DNA of 64,000 nt from Acidobacteriota bacterium. Its GTDB lineage: Bacteria; Acidobacteriota; UBA890; WLXD01. Within the stretch, counting starts at the first letter, position 1, and every line of letters begins with the position of its first letter. The stretch lies in the NCBI GenBank assembly GCA_965205505.1, contig CBDBHB010000008.1, positions 672,001-736,000 of the forward strand, read 5' to 3'. Below the pieces are notes generated by a model. That model was not told the DNA's origin and did no database searches. It saw only the letters and a program-made list of their open reading frames with translations. A program made the translations under genes and the position numbers. This document shows, in pieces, positions 1 through 9,515 of this stretch.

Positions 1-114
1 GGTCTCCGCTTCGAATGCCGCCAGGTCCGACTCAGATCTCTGTGCCAGAACGGGCGCCTGCGCCAGAAACGTCAACGACAACGGCACCATGAAACACGCG
101 ACGAGTCTCTTCAT
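1..114 (-). CDS. N-terminal part of a secreted protein, possibly an M20/M28-type metallohydrolase (runs off window edge)
   Basis: Manual translation MKRLVACFMVPLSLTFLAQAPVLAQRSESDLAAFEAET; signal-peptide-like; ATG overlaps hemE stop (ATGA). Confidence 0.6.
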   Translation of the reverse strand, partial: MKRLVACFMVPLSLTFLAQAPVLAQRSESDLAAFEAET

Positions 115-1154
115 GTCGCAACACTACCAAGGCTGCTGTCGTCGGATTCGCCGTGCACCACATCTACGAGCGCCTGAACGCTCTCCAGGGGCGTACCCGG
201 CTGGATGCCGTGTCCGAGGTTGACGACATGACCCAGCGGCGGAACGTGCGCCAGCAGATCACCCGCGGCGGCGCGAGTCGCATCGGGCCCCGCCAAGAGG
301 ACGGCGGGGTCGATGTTGCCCTGCAGTGCCTTGGCTGGACCGATCTGCTCGCGGACGGCCCCCAGATCGACCTTCCAGTCGAGCGAGAAGCACTCGGCGG
401 GTAGCTCCAAGACCGAGTCGAGCAAGTGGGCGCTGTCCTGAAAATAGAGGATTCGAGGCACGTCGGCCCGCCGCAGCTCATGCAACAGATCCCGCAGGTG
501 CGGTCGCACCTGACGGTGCCAGTCGCGACGCGACAACAGCCCGCCCCACGAGTCGAAGACCTGTACCGCTTGGGCGCCAGCTTTCGCCTGCTCGATCAGG
601 AAAGCGGCGGCAAGACGTGCGAGCTTTGCAAGCAACGTCTCGAAGGTTCGCGGATCTCCGGCCGCCATCGCCCGCAACCGAGGGAACCCTCTGACACCGC
701 GTCCCTCGACCAGGTAGGCGGCCAGGGAAAGAGGGGCTCCCGCAAAGCCGAGGAGCGCCACATCCTCGCCTAGCTCACGTCGAACCAGGCGCAGTGTCTC
801 GATCACGGTGGGTCCGATCTCGGCGACATCCGGTTCGGGCAGCGCCGCGACATCGGCCGGCGTCCGAATTGGCTGATCCAGCACCGGCCCGGGGTCGAAC
901 CGCACCGGTATGCCCAGCGCCGGGATCGGGCTCATCAAGTCTGCAAAGATGATCGCCGCATCCAGCGGGTACCGTTTGAGCGGCAGCAGCGTCACCTCCG
1001 CGGCGAGCTCGGGCGAGCCGGCGAGCTGCTCGAAGCTGTGCTCCTTGCGCAGGGCACGGTACTCGGGCAGGTAGCGTCCCGCCTGGCGCATGATCCACAG
1101 CGGCCTTCGAGGGGTAGGCTCGCCGCGCAGCGACGACAGCAGCAGATTGCTCAA
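111..1154 (-). CDS. hemE: Uroporphyrinogen decarboxylase
   Basis: Motifs PLWIMRQAGRYLPEY, DAAIIFADL, LQGNIDP, VNLGHGI; probable TTG start overlapping the regulator stop (TTGA). Confidence 0.95.
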   Translation of the reverse strand: MSNLLLSSLRGEPTPRRPLWIMRQAGRYLPEYRALRKEHSFEQLAGSPELAAEVTLLPLKRYPLDAAIIFADLMSPIPALGIPVRFDPGPVLDQPIRTPADVAALPEPDVAEIGPTVIETLRLVRRELGEDVALLGFAGAPLSLAAYLVEGRGVRGFPRLRAMAAGDPRTFETLLAKLARLAAAFLIEQAKAGAQAVQVFDSWGGLLSRRDWHRQVRPHLRDLLHELRRADVPRILYFQDSAHLLDSVLELPAECFSLDWKVDLGAVREQIGPAKALQGNIDPAVLLAGPDATRAAAGDLLAHVPPLGHVVNLGHGIQPGTPLESVQALVDVVHGESDDSSLGSVAT

Positions 1155-1867
1155 TCTTCCAACCCCTGCGGCGTGAACCGGTAGCCCACCCCGCGCACCG
1201 TGTGGAAGTAGCGAGGTTCCTGCGGGTTGGGCTCGAAGCGTTTGCGCAGTCGAACGATGAAGTTGTCGATCGTGCGCGAGGAGGGGTACAGGTCGTAGCC
1301 CCACACCTTGTCGAGGATCTCCTCGCGCGACACGACCTCTCCGGCGCGCTCGGCAAGCGCCTTGAGGATCATCGCTTCTTTCTGCGTCAGCGTTTGCTCG
1401 CCGCCATGCCAAGAGCGTCCTTCGAACGTTCTCAGATCGAACTCGTTGTCTCCGAAGCGAATGACAGCGTCCCCAAAGGGCATCACCTCATACCATCGGC
1501 GGCGACGCAGGATGGCGCGCACGCGTAGCAGGAACTCCTGCAGGTGAAAGGGCTTGGGCAGGTAATCGTCGCCGCCGGCCGCAAGCCCTTGGATCCGATC
1601 GTCGACCGAATCCTTGGCGCTCAGGAACAGCACGGGTACATCGCGGCCCTTCTCGCGCGCCGCCTCACAAACCGTGAAGCCATCGAGCCCCGGAAGCATC
1701 ACGTCGAGCACTACGAGGTCATAGCCGACCTCGAGAATGCGATCGAGCGCGTCGCGTCCGTTGACGATTGTCTCCACGAGATAGCCCTCGGCTTCCAGGT
1801 TCTCGGCGATGCCAGCGGCCAGATGAGGCTCGTCCTCCACAACGAGGATCAACGGTGCGGTGCTCAC
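1151..1867 (-). CDS. OmpR/PhoB-family DNA-binding response regulator
   Basis: Receiver domain (VVEDE, LDVMLPG, DDYLPKPF) plus winged helix (RTIDNFIVRLRKRFE...TVRGVGYRF). Confidence 0.95.
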   Translation of the reverse strand: MSTAPLILVVEDEPHLAAGIAENLEAEGYLVETIVNGRDALDRILEVGYDLVVLDVMLPGLDGFTVCEAAREKGRDVPVLFLSAKDSVDDRIQGLAAGGDDYLPKPFHLQEFLLRVRAILRRRRWYEVMPFGDAVIRFGDNEFDLRTFEGRSWHGGEQTLTQKEAMILKALAERAGEVVSREEILDKVWGYDLYPSSRTIDNFIVRLRKRFEPNPQEPRYFHTVRGVGYRFTPQGLED

Positions 1868-1924
1868 GACACAATCTCTGGCTGCAGGCGCGTTGCAAAT
1901 GATCGACGCAGTAGTGCGCAGTCT

Positions 1925-3220
1925 CTACTTCTCGGACCCCGAGGCAAGGGCGACCGCCAAGGCCTCGGCCAGTCGTCCGATGTGCTCCTCGGTATGCGCC
2001 AGCGAAAGGAATCCCACTTCATATGCGGAGGGGGCCAGGGCGATCCCCTGATCAACGAGTTGGCGAAAGAGGGAACTGTACGTGCCGGCGGCCTGACCGT
2101 CGATCTCCGAAGGTGCCCGTGGTGGTTGGCTGGCGTGAAACGCCAGCCAGAAGATCGAACCGAGGCGCACGAGCCGGACGGGAACCGGAGAACGTTCGAG
2201 AACCGGCACAACCGCTTGCTCTAGGGCTTGCCCGAGCTCCTCGAGCCGGTCCCAGCCCTGGTCGCGCTCCAGGATGCGCAGCGTCGTCAGGCCAGCCGCC
2301 ATCGCTACGGGATTACCCGACAGCGTGCCGGCCTGGTAGACGGCTCCGCCGGGAGCAAGGTGGCTCATCACTTCGCGTCGGCCGCCAAACGCTCCGACCG
2401 GCATGCCACCACCAATGACCTTGCCAAAGGCGGCGAGATCGGGCGTGATGCCGTAGTGCTCGGCGGCGCCGCCTTTGCCGAGGCGAAAACCCGTGATCAC
2501 CTCATCGAAGATCAGCAGAGCGCCGCAACGCTCGGTCTCGCGGCGCAGCACGGTCAGAAACTCTGGACGCTGTAGCAGCAGGCCGTTGTTCGCTGGTACG
2601 GGCTCGATGATAACCGCGGCAATAGCGTCCCCTTCATCGCGAAGCAGATCTGCCGCCCGAGCGGTGTCGTCGAGCGGCAGGACCCTGGTGTGAGCAACGA
2701 AGTCGTCCGGCACGCCAGCTGACGAGGGCGACCCGAAGGTCGCGAGTCCGGAGCCGGCCTCCACAAGAAGGTGATCGGCGTGCCCGTGGTAACACCCCGA
2801 GAACTTGACGATCAGATCTCGACCGGTGGCGCCTCGCGCCAGGCGAATCGCGCTCATCGTGGCCTCGGTTCCCGATGACACGCATCGCACCTGCTCTATG
2901 CCGGGGTAGGCGGAAACCACGTGCTCGGCCAGCTCGATCTCTGCCCGACACGGGGCTCCGTATGTGGTCCCGCGCTCGGCCGACTCGCAGATGGTAGCGA
3001 CCACCTCGGGGTGTGCGTGGCCGAGGATCAGAGGGCCCCAAGAGCAGACGAAATCGAGGAACGAACGGCCATCCTCGTCGACGATCTCGGCCCCAGCCGC
3101 GCTTCGGATCACCAGCGGCTCGCCGCCGACAGCACGAAAAGCCCGCACTGGTGAGTTGACGCCGCTGGGCAGCACCCGGAGTGCGCGTTCAAAAAGAGCT
3201 TCGTTCTGGCTCAGATCCAT
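1925..3220 (-). CDS. hemL: Glutamate-1-semialdehyde 2,1-aminomutase
   Basis: GVNSPVRAF, SSGTEATMSAIRLARG, FDEVITGFR, GKVIGGGMPVGA, YQAGTLSGNP. Confidence 0.97.
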   Translation of the reverse strand: MDLSQNEALFERALRVLPSGVNSPVRAFRAVGGEPLVIRSAAGAEIVDEDGRSFLDFVCSWGPLILGHAHPEVVATICESAERGTTYGAPCRAEIELAEHVVSAYPGIEQVRCVSSGTEATMSAIRLARGATGRDLIVKFSGCYHGHADHLLVEAGSGLATFGSPSSAGVPDDFVAHTRVLPLDDTARAADLLRDEGDAIAAVIIEPVPANNGLLLQRPEFLTVLRRETERCGALLIFDEVITGFRLGKGGAAEHYGITPDLAAFGKVIGGGMPVGAFGGRREVMSHLAPGGAVYQAGTLSGNPVAMAAGLTTLRILERDQGWDRLEELGQALEQAVVPVLERSPVPVRLVRLGSIFWLAFHASQPPRAPSEIDGQAAGTYSSLFRQLVDQGIALAPSAYEVGFLSLAHTEEHIGRLAEALAVALASGSEK

Positions 3221-4206
3221 CCCCCGGCGAGTGCGTCACGAGCATGATAGGTGATCACGATGTCGGCCCCGGCGCGGCGAATGGCATGCAGGTTTTCGCT
3301 GACGATCCGTCTCTCGTCGAGCCAGCCTGCCTCGGCGGCCGCCTTGACGGCCGAGTATTCGCCCGAGACGTTGTAGGCGACCAGCGGGAGTCGGCTCGCT
3401 GCTCGCACCCGCGCAATCACGTCCAGATAGGCCAGAGCCGGCTTCACCATCAGCATATCGGCGCCCTCCTCCTCGTCGAGAAGCGCCTCGCGTATCGCCT
3501 CTTCGACGTTTCGGGGGTCCATCTGGTAGGAACAGCGATCGCCGTGACCGGGCGCCGATTCCGCCGCGTCGCGGAACGGTCCGTAGTAGGCGGAGGCGAA
3601 CTTCGCTGAATAAGACATGATCCCGGTAGTGGTGAGCTCTCGTTCGTCGAGTGCGTCCCGGATCGCTGCCACGCGTCCGTCCATCATGTCCGAGGGTGCC
3701 ACCAAGTCGGCGCCCGCTTCGGCGTGGGACACGGCCATCGCGGCAAGCGGGGCCAGCGAGCTGTCGTTGTCGACCTGGCCATCGCTGGTCAGCAGGCCAC
3801 AGTGGCCATGGTCGGTGTAAGCACAGAGGCATACGTCGGTGACCACAACGAGGTCGTCGCCGAAAGCGGTCTTGATCTCGCGCACGGCGCGCGCCACCGG
3901 GGCCTGTGGGTCGGCGGCGGCGACGCCGTCGGGCCCTTTGCTCTCGGGGGCAGGCACGCCGAAAAGAAGTACCGTGCGAATTCCCAGCGCCAGGTCCTTT
4001 TCGATCTGCGTCAGTAATTCGGCACGACCAAGGCGCGCAATGCCCGGCATCGACGCGATCGGCTCCTCTCCGTGCTCGCTCGGCAGCACGAAATGCGGCA
4101 TGACGAGAACGTCGGCGCTCACTCGGGTCTCGGCAACGAGATTCCGCAATGCGGCCGTCCTACGTGTCCGACGAGGGCGTTTTCGTCCCGGTAGCGTTGT
4201 GCTCAT
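3211..4206 (-). CDS. hemB: Porphobilinogen synthase (ALA dehydratase), Zn-type
   Basis: DVCLCAYTDHGHCG, APSDMMDGRV, YYGPFRDAA, MVKPALAYLD; start MSTTLPG overlaps hemD stop. Confidence 0.97.
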   Translation of the reverse strand: MSTTLPGRKRPRRTRRTAALRNLVAETRVSADVLVMPHFVLPSEHGEEPIASMPGIARLGRAELLTQIEKDLALGIRTVLLFGVPAPESKGPDGVAAADPQAPVARAVREIKTAFGDDLVVVTDVCLCAYTDHGHCGLLTSDGQVDNDSSLAPLAAMAVSHAEAGADLVAPSDMMDGRVAAIRDALDERELTTTGIMSYSAKFASAYYGPFRDAAESAPGHGDRCSYQMDPRNVEEAIREALLDEEEGADMLMVKPALAYLDVIARVRAASRLPLVAYNVSGEYSAVKAAAEAGWLDERRIVSENLHAIRRAGADIVITYHARDALAGGWI

Positions 4207-4991
4207 TGACGGCTCTCCGCGTAGACAACGGTTTCCCGCAGGGCGTCCAGCAAACCTCCCAGGCTCCGTCTCGTGGCCTCGGAGCTTACCTTCAAGCCAG
4301 CCTCCGCTGCCGCTTCGGTGGTCGATGGACCGATCGAGATCACCGGCAACCCGGCCGGCACCGACGCCTGGTTGAGCAGGCCGTCGACAGCCGACGGGCT
4401 GGCCAGGAAGATGGCATCCAGGTTCCACGCGGCGAGATCGTGGCGCGGTTCCTTCGCGGGCGCCGGAAGGGTGCGGTAAACGGAGAATCGAGCCACAGGC
4501 ACCCCCGCGTCCTTCAGGCGTTGCTCGAGCTCGGGCCGCGCCCGGTCCGGCCCCACCACCACGACGCTGGCTGGCGGTCCCGTCTGGCCGGAGGACAGCA
4601 AGGCGATCAGCGCGTCCGCCAGCGACGCAGCGGTGCCGTCGGGTGCCACCAGGTCGACCCGGCCCCAGTGCTTCCTGGCGGCTACCTCGGTGGCTGGACC
4701 GACGGCCGCGACGTGAGTACGGCGCCAACGATCGGCGCTCGGTGCGAGCAGATCGGCAACGTTGGCAACGCCGCGAGGCGAGGTCAGCACGAGCCAATCA
4801 GCGCGCTCGATCGCGGATTCCAGTTTCTCGCCGAGAGCCGTGGAGCGGATCGACTCGCAGACGATGCAGGGAAGGGCAACAGCCTCGGCGCCGGCGTCCT
4901 CGATCCGCGCCGCCCACGGCTGGTTGTCGTCCTGTGCGCGCGTCAGCAAGATCCTGCAGCCGACGGGGAACTGCGTTGAGCTTGCCATCAA
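4203..4991 (-). CDS. hemD: Uroporphyrinogen-III synthase
   Basis: ILLTRA, WLVLTSPRGV, AAVGPAT, VYRT, FLASPSAV, ISIGPST; sits between hemC and hemB. Confidence 0.9.
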   Translation of the reverse strand: MMASSTQFPVGCRILLTRAQDDNQPWAARIEDAGAEAVALPCIVCESIRSTALGEKLESAIERADWLVLTSPRGVANVADLLAPSADRWRRTHVAAVGPATEVAARKHWGRVDLVAPDGTAASLADALIALLSSGQTGPPASVVVVGPDRARPELEQRLKDAGVPVARFSVYRTLPAPAKEPRHDLAAWNLDAIFLASPSAVDGLLNQASVPAGLPVISIGPSTTEAAAEAGLKVSSEATRRSLGGLLDALRETVVYAESRQ

Positions 4992-5950
4992 GCCTGATCC
5001 TGGACCACGGACGCCGGTGCCGGCGCGTTCTGCAGCAGCTGCGCGGCGGCAGACTCAGCGATCTGGTCGACGTCGCTGCCTCTCGACTCGGCCCGCCGCA
5101 GGATCGGGCCAACTCCGAGAACGGCGGTCAGCTCGAGCTCACCGTGCGCGTTGGCGCGACACCAGGCGCCAACTGCAACCTGACAGCCGCCTTCAACCAG
5201 GCCGAGGAGGCGGCGCTCGACGTCAACCTCGCGGCGCGAGCTCGGCGAGTCGATCGCCGCGATGGCGTCGCGCGTCGGCGCGTCGGCGGCGCGCACCTGC
5301 ACCGCCAATGCCCCCTGGGATGGTGCCGGCACGAAGATCTCAGGGTCGAGACGACGCTCGACGATGCCCTCGAGAACGTCCGCTGAGGCCGGCCCGCTGC
5401 TCGACTCGTCGTTGTCTCGTAGCCGCTCCAGCCCCGCCATCGCCAGCACGATGGCATCATAGTCTTGAGTACGAAGCTTGTTGATTCGAGTCGGAACGTT
5501 GCCGCGGATTGGCACGGTCACCAGATCGGGGCGCAACTCGCGCAAGAGCGCCTCTCGCCGAGCCGAACCTGTCCCGACGCGTGCCATCTGTCGCACCGGG
5601 ATCACTCCCTGAGCTGGGGTCACGGAATCGGGTCGAAGCAGCAGACAGTCGGCCGGATCGAGGCGTTCCGGCATCGCCGCGACGACCAGGCCCTCCGGGC
5701 TCACCGTTGGAAGGTCTTTGTACGAGTGGACCGCGACATCGATCTCCTCTGCCAGCAGCGCCGCCTCGATCTCACGCACGAAGATCCCGGCAGCACCGAT
5801 GGCGTGGAAGGGCAGTTGCTGCTCACGGTCGCCGGCCGTTGCGATGAGGCAGATCTCCACCGCATGGCCTTGCCGCTGCAGCAGAGTCGCAACGCGGGCC
5901 GTCTGCGTCCTGGCCAGCCGCGAGCCGCGCGTGCCGATTCGAAGCCTCAC
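4988..5950 (-). CDS. hemC: Hydroxymethylbilane synthase (porphobilinogen deaminase)
   Basis: LRIGTRGSRLA, VAVHSYKDLP, GTGSARR, IRGNVPTR, PAPSQGAL, EGGCQVAVG. Confidence 0.97.
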   Translation of the reverse strand: MRLRIGTRGSRLARTQTARVATLLQRQGHAVEICLIATAGDREQQLPFHAIGAAGIFVREIEAALLAEEIDVAVHSYKDLPTVSPEGLVVAAMPERLDPADCLLLRPDSVTPAQGVIPVRQMARVGTGSARREALLRELRPDLVTVPIRGNVPTRINKLRTQDYDAIVLAMAGLERLRDNDESSSGPASADVLEGIVERRLDPEIFVPAPSQGALAVQVRAADAPTRDAIAAIDSPSSRREVDVERRLLGLVEGGCQVAVGAWCRANAHGELELTAVLGVGPILRRAESRGSDVDQIAESAAAQLLQNAPAPASVVQDQA

Positions 5951-7287
5951 AAGATCTCCTCGTCACCGAGGTCGCTATCGCCGTCCCCGATACCCGTCGC
6001 AAGATCGGCCAGCCGCGTGATCGTGGGGTCATCGGATGCAGTCAGAAAAGTTCGTATCGCGCCCAGCTCCGACTGCGCGGCGAGGGCTTGCAGACCCACC
6101 GTGGGAACGTGCGCCAGGTGCCGAGCGAGCGTTTCTGCCCAGCGGCGAATCCCCTCTTGTTCCTCTTCACGCACCCCCGCGAGATCACTGCGCAACAGGC
6201 GCTCGACGCTCGCTAGCGCGGTCTCTCGGTAGCGCTGGTTGAGGCCGGCGATCACCGGTGATACAGCTCGCTGAGCCATGCGGCGCCGCAGCGCTACCAA
6301 CGCCTCGTCGACGAGCTCGCGCGCCTCGACCGAGTCGGCACGCCGACGCTCGCTGTTGGCGCGGGCTTCGGCGACGATCTCGTCCATGCCGACGTACTCC
6401 AGGCCGGCCGCAGCGGCCGCATCCGCGTCGATGTCGGGGGGCACCGCCAGATCGACGAGCAACGGCCCTCGGCCCGCCGGCGAGGCGTTGGCCAGGCGAT
6501 CCAACGACTCGCGGCGGAACAGCGGCTCGGGTGCGCCGGTTGCCGAGATGACCACCGCAACGCGGTCCGGGCGTTCCAGAAAGTGGTCGAGGCTACGAGT
6601 GCTGGCGCCGATCGCTGTGCCAAGCTCCTCGGCTCCCTCGCTGCCGCGATTGACGACGATGATCTCGACTCCATCGCTCGCAAGCCGCTCACCGCAGCGC
6701 CGCGTCATCGGCGAGACGCCGATCAGGGCGACTGCCCCGTGGGAGCCATCCAGATGGCCTTGCACACGGTCGAGCGCAATCTCGGCGAGCGAAAGCCGCC
6801 CGGAGCCAAAGTGGCTTCGGGCTCGCACCGAACGGCCAACGCGTAGCGCCTCGCCGAACAGCCATTCGAGGCGAGGGCCCAAGCTGCCCACCTGCCGTGC
6901 CAGCTCCAGGGCTTGCCGCATCTGCCCCGGAATCTCGTGCTCGCCGACGAGGGCCGAGTCGAGGCCAGCGGCGACAAGAAACAGATGCTCGACGGCAGCC
7001 TCGCCGGCCCACATTCGCAGACGCCGCGTTGCCTCTCCGGCTGAGGCCCTGCCGGTCAGCGCTTCGTGTACCTTGCCGCGATACTCGGCAGGCGTTGTGG
7101 TGCCGTCGCCGAGCAGGATCACTTCCACGCGGTTGCAGGTCGCTAGATAAACAACCTCCCGGGCCGCGATCTGGCCCGGTAGCTCGGCGAGACGGGCGGC
7201 GCGCTCTTGCTCGGGGATGGTGTAGGACTCGAGGCCCTGGGCATCGCCGTGACGCCACGAAGCACCGACAACGCAGATCTCATTCAC
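5947..7287 (-). CDS. hemA: Glutamyl-tRNA reductase
   Basis: LATCNRVE, HLFLVAAGLDSALVGEHEIPGQ, VDLAVPPDID. Confidence 0.95.
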   Translation of the reverse strand: MNEICVVGASWRHGDAQGLESYTIPEQERAARLAELPGQIAAREVVYLATCNRVEVILLGDGTTTPAEYRGKVHEALTGRASAGEATRRLRMWAGEAAVEHLFLVAAGLDSALVGEHEIPGQMRQALELARQVGSLGPRLEWLFGEALRVGRSVRARSHFGSGRLSLAEIALDRVQGHLDGSHGAVALIGVSPMTRRCGERLASDGVEIIVVNRGSEGAEELGTAIGASTRSLDHFLERPDRVAVVISATGAPEPLFRRESLDRLANASPAGRGPLLVDLAVPPDIDADAAAAAGLEYVGMDEIVAEARANSERRRADSVEARELVDEALVALRRRMAQRAVSPVIAGLNQRYRETALASVERLLRSDLAGVREEEQEGIRRWAETLARHLAHVPTVGLQALAAQSELGAIRTFLTASDDPTITRLADLATGIGDGDSDLGDEEIL

Positions 7288-7320
7288 GGCCGCATGTTGT
7301 ACCAGGCGGGGCCGGCTACT

Positions 7321-7338
7321 GTGTCATGGAACTGTCAT
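7321..7338. promoter_or_regulatory. PhoB/OmpR-type 11-bp-spaced direct repeat upstream of hemA
   Basis: GTGTCAT-GGAA-CTGTCAT matches the pho-box architecture CTGTCAT-N4-CTGTCAT; about 35-50 bp upstream of the hemA start; second half-site overlaps hemH stop. Confidence 0.5.
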
Positions 7339-8480
7339 GAGCCGAAACCGGCGTCGGCGCGCACGTCGCTGGCGATCATCCGGTCGGCACGCTGCTTCGA
7401 CGCGCGCCCGGCGGCCTCGACCTGCTCTCGAAAGGCCGGTGGTGCAACCCACCCATTCAGCTGGCGTCCTACCAGGTCGACGAGAGCGCGGATGTGGTCG
7501 GGCCGCTCGTTGAGGCATGGGATGAAGCGAAACTGTTCGCCTCCGTTCCCCTCGAACAGCTCCCGGTTCTCGCCATCGATCTCCTCGAGGGTCTCGAGGC
7601 AGTCGGCCGAGAAGCCTGGGCAAACGACGTCGAGCTCCTTGATGCCGGAACGGGCCATAGCTCGCACGGTCACGTCGGTGGTTGGCTTGATCCACTCCTC
7701 GCGACCGAAGCGCGACTGAAAGGCGACCACATAGCGCTCTTCGCCGATGCCGAGCGCCTCGGCCACCAGCCGGCCTGTCTTGTGGCACTGGCAGTGGTAC
7801 GGATCGCCGTTGGACACGTAGCGAAGCGGTATGCCGTGAAACGAGAACAGCAGCCGCTCGGGCTCGCCGTCTCGGTCCCATACCTCGCGAATGGAGCCGG
7901 CAACCGCGGCGATGTACCCGGGATCGTCGTGGTAGGCGTTGATCGTCCGGACCTCCGGAACCCAGCGCCACCTGCGCAGCGAGGCGAAGAGCGCGTCGAA
8001 GGTGCCCCCGGTGCTTGTGCCGGAGTACTGCGGGAAGAGCGGCAACACGACGATGCGGCGGCAGTTCTTACGGCGCAGCTCGGCGAGGGCATCGGCCATC
8101 GAGGGAGAGCCGTAGCACATGCCCAGGGCTACGTGCACGCCACCGCCAAGCTCGGCGGTGAGGCTCTGCTGCACAGCCGCCGCCTGCCGGCGCGCGATTA
8201 CCAACAACGGTGAGCCTTCGTCGCTCCAGATCTTGGCGTACAAGGCGGCGGAGCGTCTGGGCCGCAGCGTCAGCACGAACATGTACAGGATCGGTAGCCA
8301 GCGCCAACGAGGCAGCTCGATGACCCGCGGGTCGCGGAGAAACTGGTGCAGGTAGGGCCGCAGCGCCTTGGCGGTGGGCGCGTCAGGCGTACCCAGGTTG
8401 GCGAGCAGGACGCCGACGGCGGGAATCTCCCCGTGCTCGAACCCCGGCCCTGTGTACTGGTCGTAGTCGGTCATGGGCAA
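7335..8480 (-). CDS. hemH: Ferrochelatase
   Basis: GVLLANLGTPDAP, LPLFPQYS, LFSFHGIP, FQSRFGREEW, PGFSADCLETLEEI. Confidence 0.97.
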   Translation of the reverse strand: MPMTDYDQYTGPGFEHGEIPAVGVLLANLGTPDAPTAKALRPYLHQFLRDPRVIELPRWRWLPILYMFVLTLRPRRSAALYAKIWSDEGSPLLVIARRQAAAVQQSLTAELGGGVHVALGMCYGSPSMADALAELRRKNCRRIVVLPLFPQYSGTSTGGTFDALFASLRRWRWVPEVRTINAYHDDPGYIAAVAGSIREVWDRDGEPERLLFSFHGIPLRYVSNGDPYHCQCHKTGRLVAEALGIGEERYVVAFQSRFGREEWIKPTTDVTVRAMARSGIKELDVVCPGFSADCLETLEEIDGENRELFEGNGGEQFRFIPCLNERPDHIRALVDLVGRQLNGWVAPPAFREQVEAAGRASKQRADRMIASDVRADAGFGS

Positions 8481-8494
8481 ATTTCGCGTCTCAG

Positions 8495-8525
8495 CTAGCA
8501 GGCCGGGGTGGAAGTGTGATGGGTC
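8495..8525 (+). repeat. Dispersed 31-bp intergenic repeat, copy 1
   Basis: CTAGCAGGCCGGGGTGGAAGTGTGATGGGTC; 26/31 identical to 39000-39030 and 24/31 to 36404-36434 (manual alignment). Confidence 0.65.
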
Positions 8526-8528
8526 TAG

Positions 8529-9464
8529 TTACCCGCATTCGCCGTCGGCCTCCGACAGCCAGTCTCGCGGGCGCAGGAAATGCTCGTAGAGCCGCGCTTC
8601 CGGTGTTCCCGGCTCCGGCTGCCAGTCATAGCGCCAGCTGACCTGCGGCGGGAGCGACGCGAGAATCGATTCCACCCGACCTCCCGCTTGCAGCCCGAAG
8701 CGTGTCCCGCGGTCGTATACCAGATTGAACTCGACGTAGCGCCCACGGCGGTAGAGTTGAAAGGCGCGCTCGCGCTCACCGTACGCGGTGTCCTTCCGCC
8801 TCGCCAGGATCGGGCGATACGCGGGGAGGAAATGATCGCCGATGCTACGTAGAAAGGCGAAACAGCGCTCGAACCCTCCTTCGTCCAAATCATCGAAGAA
8901 CAAGCCGCCGATACCGCGCGGCTCCTGCCGATGAGGCAAGAAAAAGTACTCGTCGCATGCGGCCTTGTACTCCGCGTAGACGTGCTCGCCAAAGCTCCGA
9001 CACGCCTCGTACGCGGTGCGATGCCAATGCACCGCGTCTTCCTCGAAGCCGTAGTACGGCGTCAGATCGAAGCCGCCCCCGAACCACCAGGAGGTGTCGC
9101 CGCCCTTGCCGTCGGTGACGAAGCAACGCAGGTTGCAGTGCGAAGTTGGTGCGTAAGGGTTCAGCGGGTGGACGATGAGCGACAACGACGCCGCCTGAAA
9201 GCTCTGGCCGGCGAGCTCGGGTCGGCGCACCGTCGCAGCTTCCGGCATTCGCGCCCCCACCGTGTGCGAGAAGTTCACCGCTGCTCGCTCGAGCACGGCC
9301 CCGTCACTGAGCACCCGCGGTCGCGCCGAGCCGCCGCCCTCACGTTCGAGGGTCAGAGATTGAAATCGTGCCACCCCATCCTCTTGCTGCAGGGCAGCGC
9401 AGATCTGATCCTGGAGATCGAGAAGGTATCCGCGCACGGCGTCAGCGCCCAGATCAGACATCAT
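8529..9464 (-). CDS. hemF: Oxygen-dependent coproporphyrinogen-III oxidase
   Basis: [58 protein letters not shown]. Confidence 0.97.
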   Translation of the reverse strand: MMSDLGADAVRGYLLDLQDQICAALQQEDGVARFQSLTLEREGGGSARPRVLSDGAVLERAAVNFSHTVGARMPEAATVRRPELAGQSFQAASLSLIVHPLNPYAPTSHCNLRCFVTDGKGGDTSWWFGGGFDLTPYYGFEEDAVHWHRTAYEACRSFGEHVYAEYKAACDEYFFLPHRQEPRGIGGLFFDDLDEGGFERCFAFLRSIGDHFLPAYRPILARRKDTAYGERERAFQLYRRGRYVEFNLVYDRGTRFGLQAGGRVESILASLPPQVSWRYDWQPEPGTPEARLYEHFLRPRDWLSEADGECG

Positions 9465-9515
9465 CGGAGCACAGTGTAGCTGCCGGTGGCAGGAAGCAAC
9501 TTCGGCCGGCTCGCC

